A stretch of DNA of 64,000 nt from an uncultured Candidatus Binatia bacterium (GCA_965214605.1 OZ243961.1:4064001-4128000); one strand, 5' to 3'. Numbered from the stretch's first letter, positions 1 through 10,020 are shown. A program made the numbers and translations. The notes: generated from the letters alone by a model not told the origin.

Positions 1-256
1 CGCCAACGCGACCCTGATCGAAAAGGCGCTGATGTCTGTCTGTGGCGAGCTTTCAGCCCTTGAGAACGATCAAGAGGTCTGCGGAAGGCTTTTTTTAGAG
101 CAGTTGTCCGAGGCCGCTCGCAGAGTGATTATTACCCAAGACGCCGAGTTCGCGAGGCAACATGGTCTTGAGGTAAAGCAACTCTTCTCAATAGGATCAG
201 AATACGGGCCGATACGCTCGATGAAGCAACCGGGCAACTTTATGCTCGTGCCGTAA
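1..256 (+). CDS. 3' end of a hypothetical protein entering from the left edge
   Basis: Frame is open from position 2 to TAA at 254-256; no family recognised. Confidence 0.35.
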   Translation, partial: ANATLIEKALMSVCGELSALENDQEVCGRLFLEQLSEAARRVIITQDAEFARQHGLEVKQLFSIGSEYGPIRSMKQPGNFMLVP

Positions 257-360
257 GGAGAATTTGGGATTTTCCTAGGGGGTGGCTACATATGCTTGTC
301 TATGTGAACGGCGAGTTTATAGGAATGTTCGACCTGGACAGCGTTCGCCGCCGCAACGAC

Positions 361-804
361 CCCAAGAGAGTCGGTAATCTCTCCGAACCACCGGCCGGGC
401 AGCCTCAACATCTGGGTCACCTAGCTCAGCGTACGCTGAGCTAGCTCGGTGGCGGCCGGTGAGGTCCGCCACCGCATGGCGTTGACGTTGAGGGCGGCGG
501 AGATCAGCTCGCCCACAATGCCCGGTCCAGAGCCGCTGATCCCCAAATAGGCAAAAAACGCGGGATGGTTCCAATGGGTGATACCGGGCAGGATCAGGCG
601 ATCAATATCTTGGAGAATTGTCTCTAGCGACTCCCCGTGTTGAGGAGCTGAGTCAGGTAGGGTCGCCGCCGCAATCTGACCGGGCGAGACTTGAGCCAGA
701 ACGGGCCGATCCTCGACCGTTTCGAGATAGGTGGCAACCCAGTCGACAGCCTCGTGGAGCGCACGGCGGAGTTCGGCTGGGCTCGGACCTGCAGGAGTAT
801 CCAT
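361..804 (-). pseudogene. Truncated PLP-dependent aromatic-L-amino-acid decarboxylase (group II)
   Basis: ILPGITHWNHPAFFAY and TSPAATELA motifs; TAG at 421-423 at the expected Trp position; similarity continues in frame (QMLRLPGRWFGEITD) and is then lost; the family is normally ~480 aa. Confidence 0.8.
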
Positions 805-836
805 AGTCGGCCTTGTAGTACACTACAACGTACAGG

Positions 837-860
837 GGCAGGAGCCGCACGGCTCCTGCC
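837..860. terminator. GC-rich hairpin downstream of the hsp20 pair
   Basis: ggcaggagcc-gcac-ggctcctgcc, 10-bp stem; no clear U-tract. Confidence 0.4.
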
Positions 861-891
861 TCCTGAAGCGCGATGCTGCTCTGCGGCTGCC

Positions 892-1290
892 TTAGCTGGT
901 CTGTATCGCAATACGCCTGGGTCTGACCCTCTCGGCCTTGGGCAGTTCGAGTTCCAAGACGCCGTCGGTCAGCCGTGCGTGGATTTTATCGGTATCAATG
1001 GTGTTGGACAGGTTAAAGCGACGCTGATAGTTGCCGACCCGGTACTCGGTATAGACTGGAGTCAGGTCTTGGTAGTCTCCTAAGGCAACCTGTCCCTCGA
1101 TCGACAGCACGTTTTTTTCTACGTGGACCTGGATCGAGTCCTCTTGGACACCGGGCATGTCGGCGCGCAGCCATAGGGCGTTGTCGGTCTCGAAAATATC
1201 GACGGGCGGCACATAGGTCCGGCCTGGTCGGGTCTGTTCTTCAGCTTGCACTTCTTGTTTCTCCTGTGCGGTCAATTCTTGTCTCGGCAT
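892..1290 (-). CDS. Small heat shock protein (Hsp20/alpha-crystallin)
   Basis: PPVDIFET..ADMPGV, YQRRFNL, GVLELELPK motifs; GAGGAG RBS. Confidence 0.93.
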   Translation of the reverse strand: MPRQELTAQEKQEVQAEEQTRPGRTYVPPVDIFETDNALWLRADMPGVQEDSIQVHVEKNVLSIEGQVALGDYQDLTPVYTEYRVGNYQRRFNLSNTIDTDKIHARLTDGVLELELPKAERVRPRRIAIQTS

Positions 1291-1336
1291 GGGTGTTTTC
1301 CTCCTCATCGTGTACGGCCTGAGCAGACGCTTTAGC

Positions 1337-1786
1337 TTAGGATGCCTGGATAGTGATCTGACGCGGTTTTGCTTCCGCGCGTTTGGGAATACGGATGGTC
1401 AGCATCCCTTGCGTGCACGAGGCCTTGGCCTGGTCAAGGGCCATATCGGCCGGAAATTGCAGCGATCGCGAGAATTGACCCGTGCCTCGCTCACGCCGGT
1501 GGTAGCTGGAGTTGGAGGCGGTTGAGGCATCACGTTTGCCGCTCAAGGTTAGGGTGCGGTCTTGGCTCTCAATGTGGATATCTTCCGGGGATACGCCGGG
1601 AACCTCGAAGCGGACGACATAGTTGCCTTCGGCGTCTTGCAGGACATTGACGGGCGGGAAGACGCCCCGTCCCGACAGGTCCATGTTGAAGCCTCGGGGG
1701 TTTTCGAACACACGGTCAAACTCGCGCTGTAAGCGCATGAGGGCGTTCAGGGGGTCATGTTCGGGTGAGAAACGAAAGAGTGCCAT
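1337..1786 (-). CDS. Small heat shock protein (Hsp20/alpha-crystallin)
   Basis: FPPVNV, RRERGTGQFSRSL, GMLTIRIPK motifs; AAGGAG RBS before ATG at 1786. Confidence 0.93.
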   Translation of the reverse strand: MALFRFSPEHDPLNALMRLQREFDRVFENPRGFNMDLSGRGVFPPVNVLQDAEGNYVVRFEVPGVSPEDIHIESQDRTLTLSGKRDASTASNSSYHRRERGTGQFSRSLQFPADMALDQAKASCTQGMLTIRIPKRAEAKPRQITIQAS

Positions 1787-2002
1787 GGTCAACTCCTTTC
1801 TGACTACAAATGATGTCTCTTGGTTACTGTATAGGGTCACTCCCCACTGTTTCTGTGCCAAATGTAAGGGCGTTGAAACCGAGGTCAAGGCGTGAAAAAT
1901 TTTTTTGTGGGACTCAGAAACCGCTTCGACCGCCCTTGCGATTTTACCGGCGGGCTTTTAGAAAAAGAAAAATGCGGTTCGCTATGACCTAAGGAGGCAG
2001 GC

Positions 2003-2791
2003 ATGCAGCAGCCCCTAGTCCGCTACTCTACACAACATGGAATTGCGCTTCTCGAATTTGATAATCCACCGGCCAATACGTATTCGTACGAGATGATGAC
2101 CGAGTTGGACCGGGCTATTTTACAGGCTCGGTTTGACGAGGGAATTTACGTCCTGCTGCTGCGTGGTATAGGCGACAAGTTCTTTTCGGCGGGAGCCGAT
2201 ATCGAGATGCTCAACCAGGTATCGCCCCAGTTTAAATACAACTTTTGCCTGCACGCCAACGAGACGCTCAACCGCTTGGAACGGACGCCTAAGCTGGTCA
2301 TTGCCGCGCTCAACGGTCACGCCGTCGGTGGCGGACTGGAGATTGCAATGGCGTGCGATCTGCGGCTTGCTCGGCGTGACGCGGGGCAGATTGGCTTGCC
2401 CGAGATTGCGCTGGGCGTCCTGCCCGGAACCGGTGGCTCGCAGCGCCTCACCCGCCATATTGGCAAGGCCCGGGCTTTAGAGTTCATGGCGACCGGGCGT
2501 AGGATCTCATTTGAGGAGGCCCAGGACCTGGGCTTAGTGCACGAGATCTTTGACACGCAGGACTACTTTGAGCAAGTGCTGACCTATGCGCGGCAGTTCA
2601 CTCCGCCCAATAAAGCTAGTAAAGCGGTTGGACGGATTAAGCTAGCCGTTCAGGCCGGAGGCGAAATGCCCCTGTTCGAGGCGCTCAGTTTGGAGCAAGA
2701 GTTGCAGGCCGGCCTGTTTTCGAGCGCAGATGGTCAGGAAGGGCTGCGTTCCTATATGACCAAGAGCATGCCGCAGTTTAAGGGAGTCTGA
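2003..2791 (+). CDS. Enoyl-CoA hydratase/isomerase family protein (likely BoxC-like role)
   Basis: FSAGADI, GHAVGGGLEIAMACD, PEIALGVLPGTGGSQRL crotonase motifs; sits before boxB-like and benzoate-CoA ligase genes. Confidence 0.88.
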   Translation: MQQPLVRYSTQHGIALLEFDNPPANTYSYEMMTELDRAILQARFDEGIYVLLLRGIGDKFFSAGADIEMLNQVSPQFKYNFCLHANETLNRLERTPKLVIAALNGHAVGGGLEIAMACDLRLARRDAGQIGLPEIALGVLPGTGGSQRLTRHIGKARALEFMATGRRISFEEAQDLGLVHEIFDTQDYFEQVLTYARQFTPPNKASKAVGRIKLAVQAGGEMPLFEALSLEQELQAGLFSSADGQEGLRSYMTKSMPQFKGV

Positions 2792-2843
2792 CTGAACTGG
2801 TGAAGGGAATTAGCGGCTACAAGCAGTCTGTACGGAGTATGGC

Positions 2844-3962
2844 ATGGTAACACGTATGCGAAATTTCGACGATTGGATGGACCTGTTTAAAAGCTGGCAG
2901 AAAGATATTGGGCTGGATGTCGGTGAGCTAGGTGAATATCAATGGGAGATTAAGTTTGGCCAGCTGGAGCGCGCCGAGATCGAATTCGGAGCCTACGCCG
3001 GCTCCAGGAAATGGGAAAATCTCATGGAGGTGCCCGACCAGCGGATTCGGGATGCGTTGCTCAACCTGATTCGTGTACAGGGCGATACCGAGTTCGCGTC
3101 GACCGAGCAACAGCGGGAGTTGTTTGAGAGTGCGCCGTCGGACTTTGACCGCCGGAGCCTAGCCCGCATTATCTGCGAAGAGACGCGCCACGGCTGGCAG
3201 ATGGCCTATTTGCTGGTAACCTATTTCGGTGCCAGCGGCAAGGTCGAGGCGCAGAAGCTGCTGGAGCGTCGGGCATTCAAAAAAACGCGTCTGCTGGGGG
3301 CGTTCAACGAGGATATTCGCAACTGGCTAGACATGTATGCCTTTACCGAGTTTATTGACCGGGACGGGAAGTATCAGCTCAAAATGGAGAGTTCTTCGGC
3401 TTTTGCCCCGTTTGCGCGCAGTATGGGGCCGATGCTCAAAGAAGAACAGTTTCATCTCGGGACCGGCCACAACGGCCTCAAGCGCATTTTGCGCGCTAAC
3501 AAAATTCCCGTTCCTCTCATACAGAAGTACTTCAATAAATGGATGCCGGCGGCCTATGACTTGTTTGGCACTGATCACTCCTCGTCCGCCCACTGGGCAT
3601 ATGCCTGGGGTATCAAAGGCCGCTTTGACGAAAACACTTCGGACGAGGCGGCCAATATGGAGCGGCTCAACGAGCACGCGCGTCAGCTGTTCTCCCGGGA
3701 ATGCCTCGGTCTGGTTGATAACCTCAATCTCCTCGTACCCGAGGATCAGCCCAAACTCTATATTCCAGATGTGACATTTGGTCGCCAGATTGGCGATTAT
3801 GCCAGTCAACCGTACAGTGTCCACGGAGAGTTGCTGAGTCAAGAAGCCTACACCCGGCACCTCGAAGAGGTCCTACCAACGGCTGCGGATACCGCCCTTG
3901 TTCAAGATTTAATGCGAGACGCAAGCTGGATTGAACCCAAAAAAGCTGGCGCGGATACCTAA
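2844..3962 (+). CDS. boxB: Benzoyl-CoA 2,3-epoxidase di-iron subunit, short BoxB/PaaA family
   Basis: QGDTEFASTEQQR, EETRH, DRDGKYQL, EEQFH di-iron motifs. Confidence 0.75.
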   Translation: MVTRMRNFDDWMDLFKSWQKDIGLDVGELGEYQWEIKFGQLERAEIEFGAYAGSRKWENLMEVPDQRIRDALLNLIRVQGDTEFASTEQQRELFESAPSDFDRRSLARIICEETRHGWQMAYLLVTYFGASGKVEAQKLLERRAFKKTRLLGAFNEDIRNWLDMYAFTEFIDRDGKYQLKMESSSAFAPFARSMGPMLKEEQFHLGTGHNGLKRILRANKIPVPLIQKYFNKWMPAAYDLFGTDHSSSAHWAYAWGIKGRFDENTSDEAANMERLNEHARQLFSRECLGLVDNLNLLVPEDQPKLYIPDVTFGRQIGDYASQPYSVHGELLSQEAYTRHLEEVLPTAADTALVQDLMRDASWIEPKKAGADT

Positions 3963-3967
3963 GAACA

Positions 3968-5521
3968 ATGGCTGTTCCAGAGATTCCCGAACGTTTGAAC
4001 GCCGCCGCCGTCTTTATTGACGCCCACCTCGCTCAGGGTCGTGGAGAGCGGATTGCCCTACGTTGGCGTGATCGGGCGATTAGCTATGCTGAGCTGGCGG
4101 CCAAGGTCAATCAAACCGGCAACGCCCTGTGTCGTCTCGGAGTGCGGGTCGAAGAGCGCGTGCTGTTGGTTGTCTTGGATTCGCCCGCCTTTGTATATGG
4201 CTTTTGGGGTGCGCTCAAGATCGGGGCGGTGCCGGTCCCCGTCAACACGGCGCTGCGAGCCGAGGATTACGCCTATCTGCTCGACGACAGCCGGGCGAGC
4301 ACGCTGATTGTCTCGGCCGAACTCTGGCCGATTCTTGCCCCGGTAGCACAGGCGCGCTCCATCCCTAGCATTGTTGTTGGCCCGGCTCGGGAAGGCGGTT
4401 TCGCTTTTGACGAGTTCATCGGGTCGGAAGCCGCTGCGCTTGAGCCGCAAGCGACCCACCGCGATGACGCCGCCCTGTGGCTCTATAGCTCTGGCTCGAC
4501 CGGGATGCCCAAGGGCGCCGTCCATCAGCACAGGAATCTGGTGTACTGTGCGGATACCTATGCCCGTGAGGTTTTGAGCATCGGTCCGGATGATGTCAGC
4601 CTAGCCGCGCCACGCTTGTTTTTTGCCTATGGATTGGGTGGGGGAATGAATTTTGCCCTTCGGGTTGGAGGGACAGCCGCGCTGGTATCTGAGCGGCCGA
4701 CCCCGGACGGCATGTTTCGCGCTATTAGCGAGTATAAACCAACCCTCTTTTTCGGCGTGCCAACCTTGTATGCGGCTATGCTACAAATCCCAGACGTCGA
4801 GCGTCGCTACGACCTGTCCAGTCTCCGGCTGTGTGTCTCGGCCGGCGAGCCGCTCCCCGGCGAGCTGTTTACACGTTGGAAGGCGCGCTTTGATCTTGAG
4901 ATTTTAGACGGTATCGGCACAACTGAAGCTCTACATATTTTTCTGTCCAACCGCGCTGGCCAGGTCCGCCCGGGCAGTTCAGGCCTACCGGTTGAGGGCT
5001 ATGAGGTACGGGTGATTGACGAGGGGGGACAGCCGGCTGCCCAGGGCCATATGGGCGACTTGCTAGTGGCGGGCGGAAGCCTGACTTCTGGATACTGGCG
5101 CAAGCGGGAGACCACACAGCAGGCCTTATACGGAAAGTGGTTACGGACCGGAGACACGTATTATCAAGATAGCGACGGCTATTACTGGTACTGCGGCCGA
5201 GCCGACGACATGCTAAAGGTCTCGGGCCAGTGGGTGTCGCCGACCGAGGTCGAAGGGTTGTTGTTTGAGCATGAGGCCGTGTTAGAGGCGGCAGTGGTTG
5301 GCTGGCAGGATGCTGAGCGCCTGATCAAGCCAAAAGCCTTTGTGGTTTTAAAAGACGGATGGAAGCCGTCCCCGGAGCTGGCCGCCGAGCTACAAGCGTT
5401 TGTCAAAGCCCGGACCTTACCGCATAAATATCCGCGTTGGATCAAGTTTATGGCAGAGCTGCCAAAGACCACGACTGGCAAAATCCAGCGCTATAAGCTG
5501 CGTGCCAACAAGGACGTCTAA
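3968..5521 (+). CDS. Benzoate-CoA ligase family protein
   Basis: WLYSSGSTGMPKG, LFFAYGLG, DGIGTTEALHIFLSN, PKTTTGKIQRYKLR. Confidence 0.9.
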   Translation: MAVPEIPERLNAAAVFIDAHLAQGRGERIALRWRDRAISYAELAAKVNQTGNALCRLGVRVEERVLLVVLDSPAFVYGFWGALKIGAVPVPVNTALRAEDYAYLLDDSRASTLIVSAELWPILAPVAQARSIPSIVVGPAREGGFAFDEFIGSEAAALEPQATHRDDAALWLYSSGSTGMPKGAVHQHRNLVYCADTYAREVLSIGPDDVSLAAPRLFFAYGLGGGMNFALRVGGTAALVSERPTPDGMFRAISEYKPTLFFGVPTLYAAMLQIPDVERRYDLSSLRLCVSAGEPLPGELFTRWKARFDLEILDGIGTTEALHIFLSNRAGQVRPGSSGLPVEGYEVRVIDEGGQPAAQGHMGDLLVAGGSLTSGYWRKRETTQQALYGKWLRTGDTYYQDSDGYYWYCGRADDMLKVSGQWVSPTEVEGLLFEHEAVLEAAVVGWQDAERLIKPKAFVVLKDGWKPSPELAAELQAFVKARTLPHKYPRWIKFMAELPKTTTGKIQRYKLRANKDV

Positions 5522-5537
5522 AAAGCAACGCATTGGA

Positions 5538-6263
5538 ATGGGGATGAGACAACAGCGACTGGGAACCAAGGGTGGGCCTGGGCTGGCCGGGGCGTGGCTT
5601 ATTGGCTTAGGAGTGACGAGCGTGGTAGCGCTGGCCCAGGGACGTGGGCTCACGTTACAAGAACACCAACAGACCTTGGCCCAAGCTGCGCTTATCGTGG
5701 CGGAGGAAATGTACCGGAGCGGCCAAATCGACCGGGCCGTGACCCACTGGCGCGAAGCGCTGAGCTATGACCCGAACCTGACCCAGGCCCACTATTTGCT
5801 CGGTCTGGTCCTCCGTGATCGGGGTGATCTGGAAGAGTCGCTCACCCATTTGCAGACCGCGACCAAGCTCGACCCGCACAACGCCAACGCCTTTGCCGAC
5901 CTAGGCGATACCCTGTACGAACAGGGAGATGTGGAAGGCGCTTTGCAGGCCTATAGTGCTGCCCTGCGCCTGGCGCCCGAGTCGGCTTCTCTGCACGGTA
6001 ACTATGGCTATTTACTGGTGCAGAAAGGTGATATGAACGGGGCGATCGAAGCCTGGCGGACGGCGGTTCGTCTAGACCCAGACTATCCTCCACCCTACGC
6101 CAATCTGGGTGAGGCGCTGGCCGACCAAGGACAAGCCCAAGACGCCATCGCAGCCTACCAGACCTTTCTGGAACTTGCCCCATACGCTCCCAATGCCGAG
6201 GAGGTTGGCCAACGCTTGGAAGCCTTACAGGCAGCTGGCGTGACCCAGAGGCAGGGAGACTGA
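5538..6263 (+). CDS. Tetratricopeptide repeat protein, probably exported
   Basis: N-terminal hydrophobic segment followed by about five TPR units (AHYLLG, AFADLG, YANLG). Confidence 0.85.
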   Translation: MGMRQQRLGTKGGPGLAGAWLIGLGVTSVVALAQGRGLTLQEHQQTLAQAALIVAEEMYRSGQIDRAVTHWREALSYDPNLTQAHYLLGLVLRDRGDLEESLTHLQTATKLDPHNANAFADLGDTLYEQGDVEGALQAYSAALRLAPESASLHGNYGYLLVQKGDMNGAIEAWRTAVRLDPDYPPPYANLGEALADQGQAQDAIAAYQTFLELAPYAPNAEEVGQRLEALQAAGVTQRQGD

Positions 6264-6357
6264 TCGTGGACCCTGATCCACAACACCTGCTGTTTCCTCC
6301 TTCCAGCTCGACCTAGCCAAGGGCTGCCTATGGCAGGGCGAACGGCCCATTCCTCAT

Positions 6358-6768
6358 CTAGAGATTCTTCGGAACTTTCGGTAGTGTCGGATCCAAATAA
6401 TCCCACGGCTGCGCACTCGCCGTCCAAATATCGCCCATCGGTTTGACCCAGCTGGGATCATCCAAACTGCTCGCCTTTATGCCGCAAAAGTCCGGATTGG
6501 CCGAGCCGCCGGCGAATAGCTGGCAGCCACACGTGGAGCAGAATTCCCGCCACACAGTGTTCCCGCTGTCGGCGTACGTGGTATGCCGTTGAGGCATACC
6601 ACGTTGCAACGTGACTGAGGCACGTTGGACAGCCAACACAATGGCAAAGCCGCTCCCGCTGTTCCGCTGACAATCACGACAGTGACATTGCATTGTTGCC
6701 AAGGGGTCCATCGAACACTCGTAGCGAATCGTGCCACATAAACAGCCGCCGGAGAATGGTGTAGGCAT
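6358..6768 (-). CDS. GFA (glutathione-dependent formaldehyde-activating) family protein
   Basis: GGCLCG, CHCRDCQR, FCSTCG zinc motifs. Confidence 0.92.
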   Translation of the reverse strand: MPTPFSGGCLCGTIRYECSMDPLATMQCHCRDCQRNSGSGFAIVLAVQRASVTLQRGMPQRHTTYADSGNTVWREFCSTCGCQLFAGGSANPDFCGIKASSLDDPSWVKPMGDIWTASAQPWDYLDPTLPKVPKNL

Positions 6769-7045
6769 GAAATACGCTCCTGATTAGCGGGTCTGGAGGG
6801 TCATGCTGACGCTGAGATAGGTCAAAGACGAGCCTCTGCCAAAGGGAATGGTAGCGCCGTACTAGGCGCGGGGTGTCCATAGAAAAGCTCAGTAGAACGC
6901 GGGACGCAAGCCAAAGACCAGAACGAGAACGTAAGGCCGAGAAAGTTGACGAGCGGCCTAGGGGGCTTTTGCCGGGACAGCTCGGCGTGCCCTGAGGTGT
7001 CTCCTCTAATCATCTGCGCCTCTGATTGCATACACTGTCTCCTGA

Positions 7046-7663
7046 TTACTTCTCTGTTTTCTCTTTGACCGCTACCACAATCAATAGTCGTTCTTCGTCG
7101 GTATACTGATCAACCGTCAGCCCGAACGAGCCCAAAAACGCGTGGGCTTCTTCTTGACTCGGTAGTGGCGTAATCGGATAGGGGTCGGTCTTGACCAAAC
7201 GCTCGACGTAGGCCCGGCCTTCCGGGTGGCTAATCACGACCCGGCCGCCCGACCGTAACATCCGCACGATATTGCGGAGAGCCTTGGTTTTATCGGCAAT
7301 ATTACCGTACATGCCGTTCATGAAGACCACATCGACGCACTCCGCCGGCAGGGAGAGATCGACGATATCACACTGGTGGCGCTCCGCCTCAGGATAACGT
7401 TCTGCTACCTGCTCCAACATTTTTCCGGACAAGTCACAGGCGACGAGCCGGCCGGGCCGATAGACTCGGATCTGAGGAATCAGCGCCCCGGTTCCGGTCC
7501 CGACATCCAGAATCGTCTCATCGGGTCGGATGGCCGCAGCTGCAATAATGCGTCCCATCCGTTCGACCACGTCCTGGGGCAGGGGATCCAGAAAGTAAGG
7601 ATAGGATTTATCAAAGGCCTGGCGTTGGCGATCGTTAAAAGAGGCGCGCTGTTTGTCATCCAT
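7046..7663 (-). CDS. Class I SAM-dependent methyltransferase
   Basis: ILDVGTGTG motif I; MLRSGG. Confidence 0.88.
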   Translation of the reverse strand: MDDKQRASFNDRQRQAFDKSYPYFLDPLPQDVVERMGRIIAAAAIRPDETILDVGTGTGALIPQIRVYRPGRLVACDLSGKMLEQVAERYPEAERHQCDIVDLSLPAECVDVVFMNGMYGNIADKTKALRNIVRMLRSGGRVVISHPEGRAYVERLVKTDPYPITPLPSQEEAHAFLGSFGLTVDQYTDEERLLIVVAVKEKTEK

Positions 7664-8927
7664 CTTCTCTGCCGTCCTTTCTCAAAGACATACGCCGCAT
7701 CATCCTATACAACAATGCACTGCCAAGGCCACCGCCCAACGATCCGCCTAGCGCTACGGCAAAAGCCCCTTGTAAGCTGCCGCTGGCGTCGGCCAAGCCA
7801 CCGGCAACGCTCGGCGACAGCATCGCTCCTGAGCCGGCCCCCGTGGACATCAGGGCAAAGGCGGCTGAGGAGAGGTGAACCGGTACAAAGTCGCCGGCTG
7901 AGGCGGCACATATGGTGAATGTAGCGCGGTGGGTGAGGCCAAGGAGTACGGCGGCAATCACAAAAGCGTCTGGGATGGGGTTGAGCCAGATCAGAGCTAG
8001 GCCGACCCCCTGGACCACAAAAACACACAAAAACGCCAGGCTGCGTCCGATCCAGTCCGACACACGTCCCCAGACAATCCCGCTGCCGATGCTTAACACA
8101 CCGATCAGGATGAGCAAACGTCCAACGACCGCCAGGTCAATGCCGTTCTCCTCAGACAGATAGGTACCCAGAAAGGTATTAAAGACGCCCTGTGACCAGC
8201 CCGAGCAAAACACCATAAAACTCATCAGCCACACCAGGGGATTACGGTACACCTCGAACGGCCATCTCGGACTTGGGGATGGTCCAGGAGCGGCTGACAC
8301 GGGTGGAGACGTTCGGACTGGACGTTCTCGCACATACACCAGGGCCGCCGCGCCAATCAGGACTGTGACTACGCCAAACACCGCCCAGGCATAACGCCAA
8401 CCCAGCGTCTGGTGGGTAGACGTCAGGGCTGGCACCACAACGCCGGCTACCACAAAGGCACTACTGCCACCGGCCGAGGCCAGTCCGGCAGCCAGCCCGC
8501 GGGTGCGTGAGTCAAACCATGGCCCGAGTAGACCCATGGTCGGAATAATGGCGATGCCGGTTGACGCCCCCATCAGACAGCTCGCCGCCAGCGCCATCCA
8601 GAAATGGCTCGCTCCCCCTAACAGCCACATAGACGCCCCGGCGGTCAGCGTACTCAGACCGATCAGTCGTCGGCTGCCATAGCGTGTACTCAGCATCCCG
8701 GCTATAAAGGAGCATGGTACGCGCAGCATCCAGGCCCCCGTGACCAAGAGGCCCGCCTGGGTATAAGATAAAGACAGGCTGGCCTGCATAGCTGGCAGGG
8801 TCAGGTTTGGCGCGTATTGAAGAAAACTTGTGGTCAAATTGATCAGCACTCCGATCAGCAGAATGACCCCGGCATAGCTGGTGTACCACGGAGGGCGGTC
8901 GGGTTGGGACAGTCGCGCAGAGTCCAT
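7656..8927 (-). CDS. MFS transporter
   Basis: About 12 hydrophobic segments; GRVSDWIGR motif; overlaps the methyltransferase start. Confidence 0.9.
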   Translation of the reverse strand: MDSARLSQPDRPPWYTSYAGVILLIGVLINLTTSFLQYAPNLTLPAMQASLSLSYTQAGLLVTGAWMLRVPCSFIAGMLSTRYGSRRLIGLSTLTAGASMWLLGGASHFWMALAASCLMGASTGIAIIPTMGLLGPWFDSRTRGLAAGLASAGGSSAFVVAGVVVPALTSTHQTLGWRYAWAVFGVVTVLIGAAALVYVRERPVRTSPPVSAAPGPSPSPRWPFEVYRNPLVWLMSFMVFCSGWSQGVFNTFLGTYLSEENGIDLAVVGRLLILIGVLSIGSGIVWGRVSDWIGRSLAFLCVFVVQGVGLALIWLNPIPDAFVIAAVLLGLTHRATFTICAASAGDFVPVHLSSAAFALMSTGAGSGAMLSPSVAGGLADASGSLQGAFAVALGGSLGGGLGSALLYRMMRRMSLRKDGREDG

Positions 8928-9939
8928 ACGTCGGGCTAACCTAGCCTATGTCGGCGGTGGTCACCATCCCATACCGCACAGGACGGACGTTGTCGTGCTA
9001 AAACGTTGCCCTCAGCGGTTTCGACACATTTCCTACGGCCTGATGCTGGGGGCAATCAGTCTCGTGGTGGGCTCGTGCGAACAGCTCGGTCGGGGTGGGG
9101 CAAGGACAACGGTCAGACAGGCCGATGACCTGTTTGGACCGGTTCGCTCGGTCACGGTTCTTCAGGCGGAGTTAGTGAAAAAAGACGGACAGTGGGAAAT
9201 CGGACAGCAGCGGTCGGTCCACGCCGCTAGCTACGATCGACAGGGCCGAAAAACTGAACAAACGCTGTACAACGACGACGGTACCGAGCGAGGCAGCATA
9301 CGGTTTGTTTACGACGAGAGCGGCAGACAAATCAAGGCACTGCACTTTGATACGCAGAAGCGGCTTACCGCTCGGGTGGTCTCTCAGTATGATACCGCAG
9401 GCCGGCTCGCCCAGTCGCTGACCTATACCCCGAGCCAAGAGCTGACGACCCGGACGGTCTTCAGCTACGACGCTGCGGATAGGCACATCGCCTCTCAGCA
9501 TTTTACCTCCGATGGGCGGCTTACCAGTCGGACCGTCTCGACCTACGACGCGCGGGGCAATCTGGCACAAAAACAGTGGTACCGTACCACCCGCACCCCC
9601 GTCCGGACCCGCACGGCTCGCTATGATTATCTTGGTGCGCGGGTCTCGGACAGCGTCTACGACTACGCCGTGGACGGCACCCTCAACCAACGCACCGATG
9701 TACGCTACAACCCACGCGGTCATCCCCAGCTTGAGGTCACCCACCGCCAAGACGGACGCTTTAAACGCGAGCGCTCCTTTCGCTATCTGTCCGATGCCTT
9801 TGGCAATTGGACACTCCAAACGATTCAGACTCAGGTCCTGATCGACGAGTCGCCCTCCTTTGAGCCACCCCGGGTGATCTCCCGGACGCTGAGCTATTAC
9901 GGCCGAGGGACATCTCAGGCCGTACCGAGACCACAATGA
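8881..9939 (+). CDS. YD/RHS-like repeat lipoprotein (start uncertain, probably later)
   Basis: Repeated YDxxG units about every 24 aa; lipobox-like VGSC; DLFGPVRSV and DAFGNW ends. Confidence 0.7.
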   Translation: MYHGGRSGWDSRAESIRRANLAYVGGGHHPIPHRTDVVVLKRCPQRFRHISYGLMLGAISLVVGSCEQLGRGGARTTVRQADDLFGPVRSVTVLQAELVKKDGQWEIGQQRSVHAASYDRQGRKTEQTLYNDDGTERGSIRFVYDESGRQIKALHFDTQKRLTARVVSQYDTAGRLAQSLTYTPSQELTTRTVFSYDAADRHIASQHFTSDGRLTSRTVSTYDARGNLAQKQWYRTTRTPVRTRTARYDYLGARVSDSVYDYAVDGTLNQRTDVRYNPRGHPQLEVTHRQDGRFKRERSFRYLSDAFGNWTLQTIQTQVLIDESPSFEPPRVISRTLSYYGRGTSQAVPRPQ

Positions 9940-10020
9940 GGGCCGAGTCAGCGCAAGCTCACCGGCGTACGCCGCAAACCTTTTGTCTCAAATATCCCTC
10001 TGACACCGTCCGCCCAAGAT

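Noticed and set aside
421-423. Pyrrolysine/amber readthrough in the decarboxylase
   Set aside because: The stop is at a Trp position and similarity ends shortly after, so a pseudogene is the simpler explanation
9172-9936. Long antisense ORFs (e.g. 9172-9936, 13516-14265, 35295-35969, 46993-47715)
   Set aside because: Shadow frames of well-supported opposite-strand genes in GC-rich DNA
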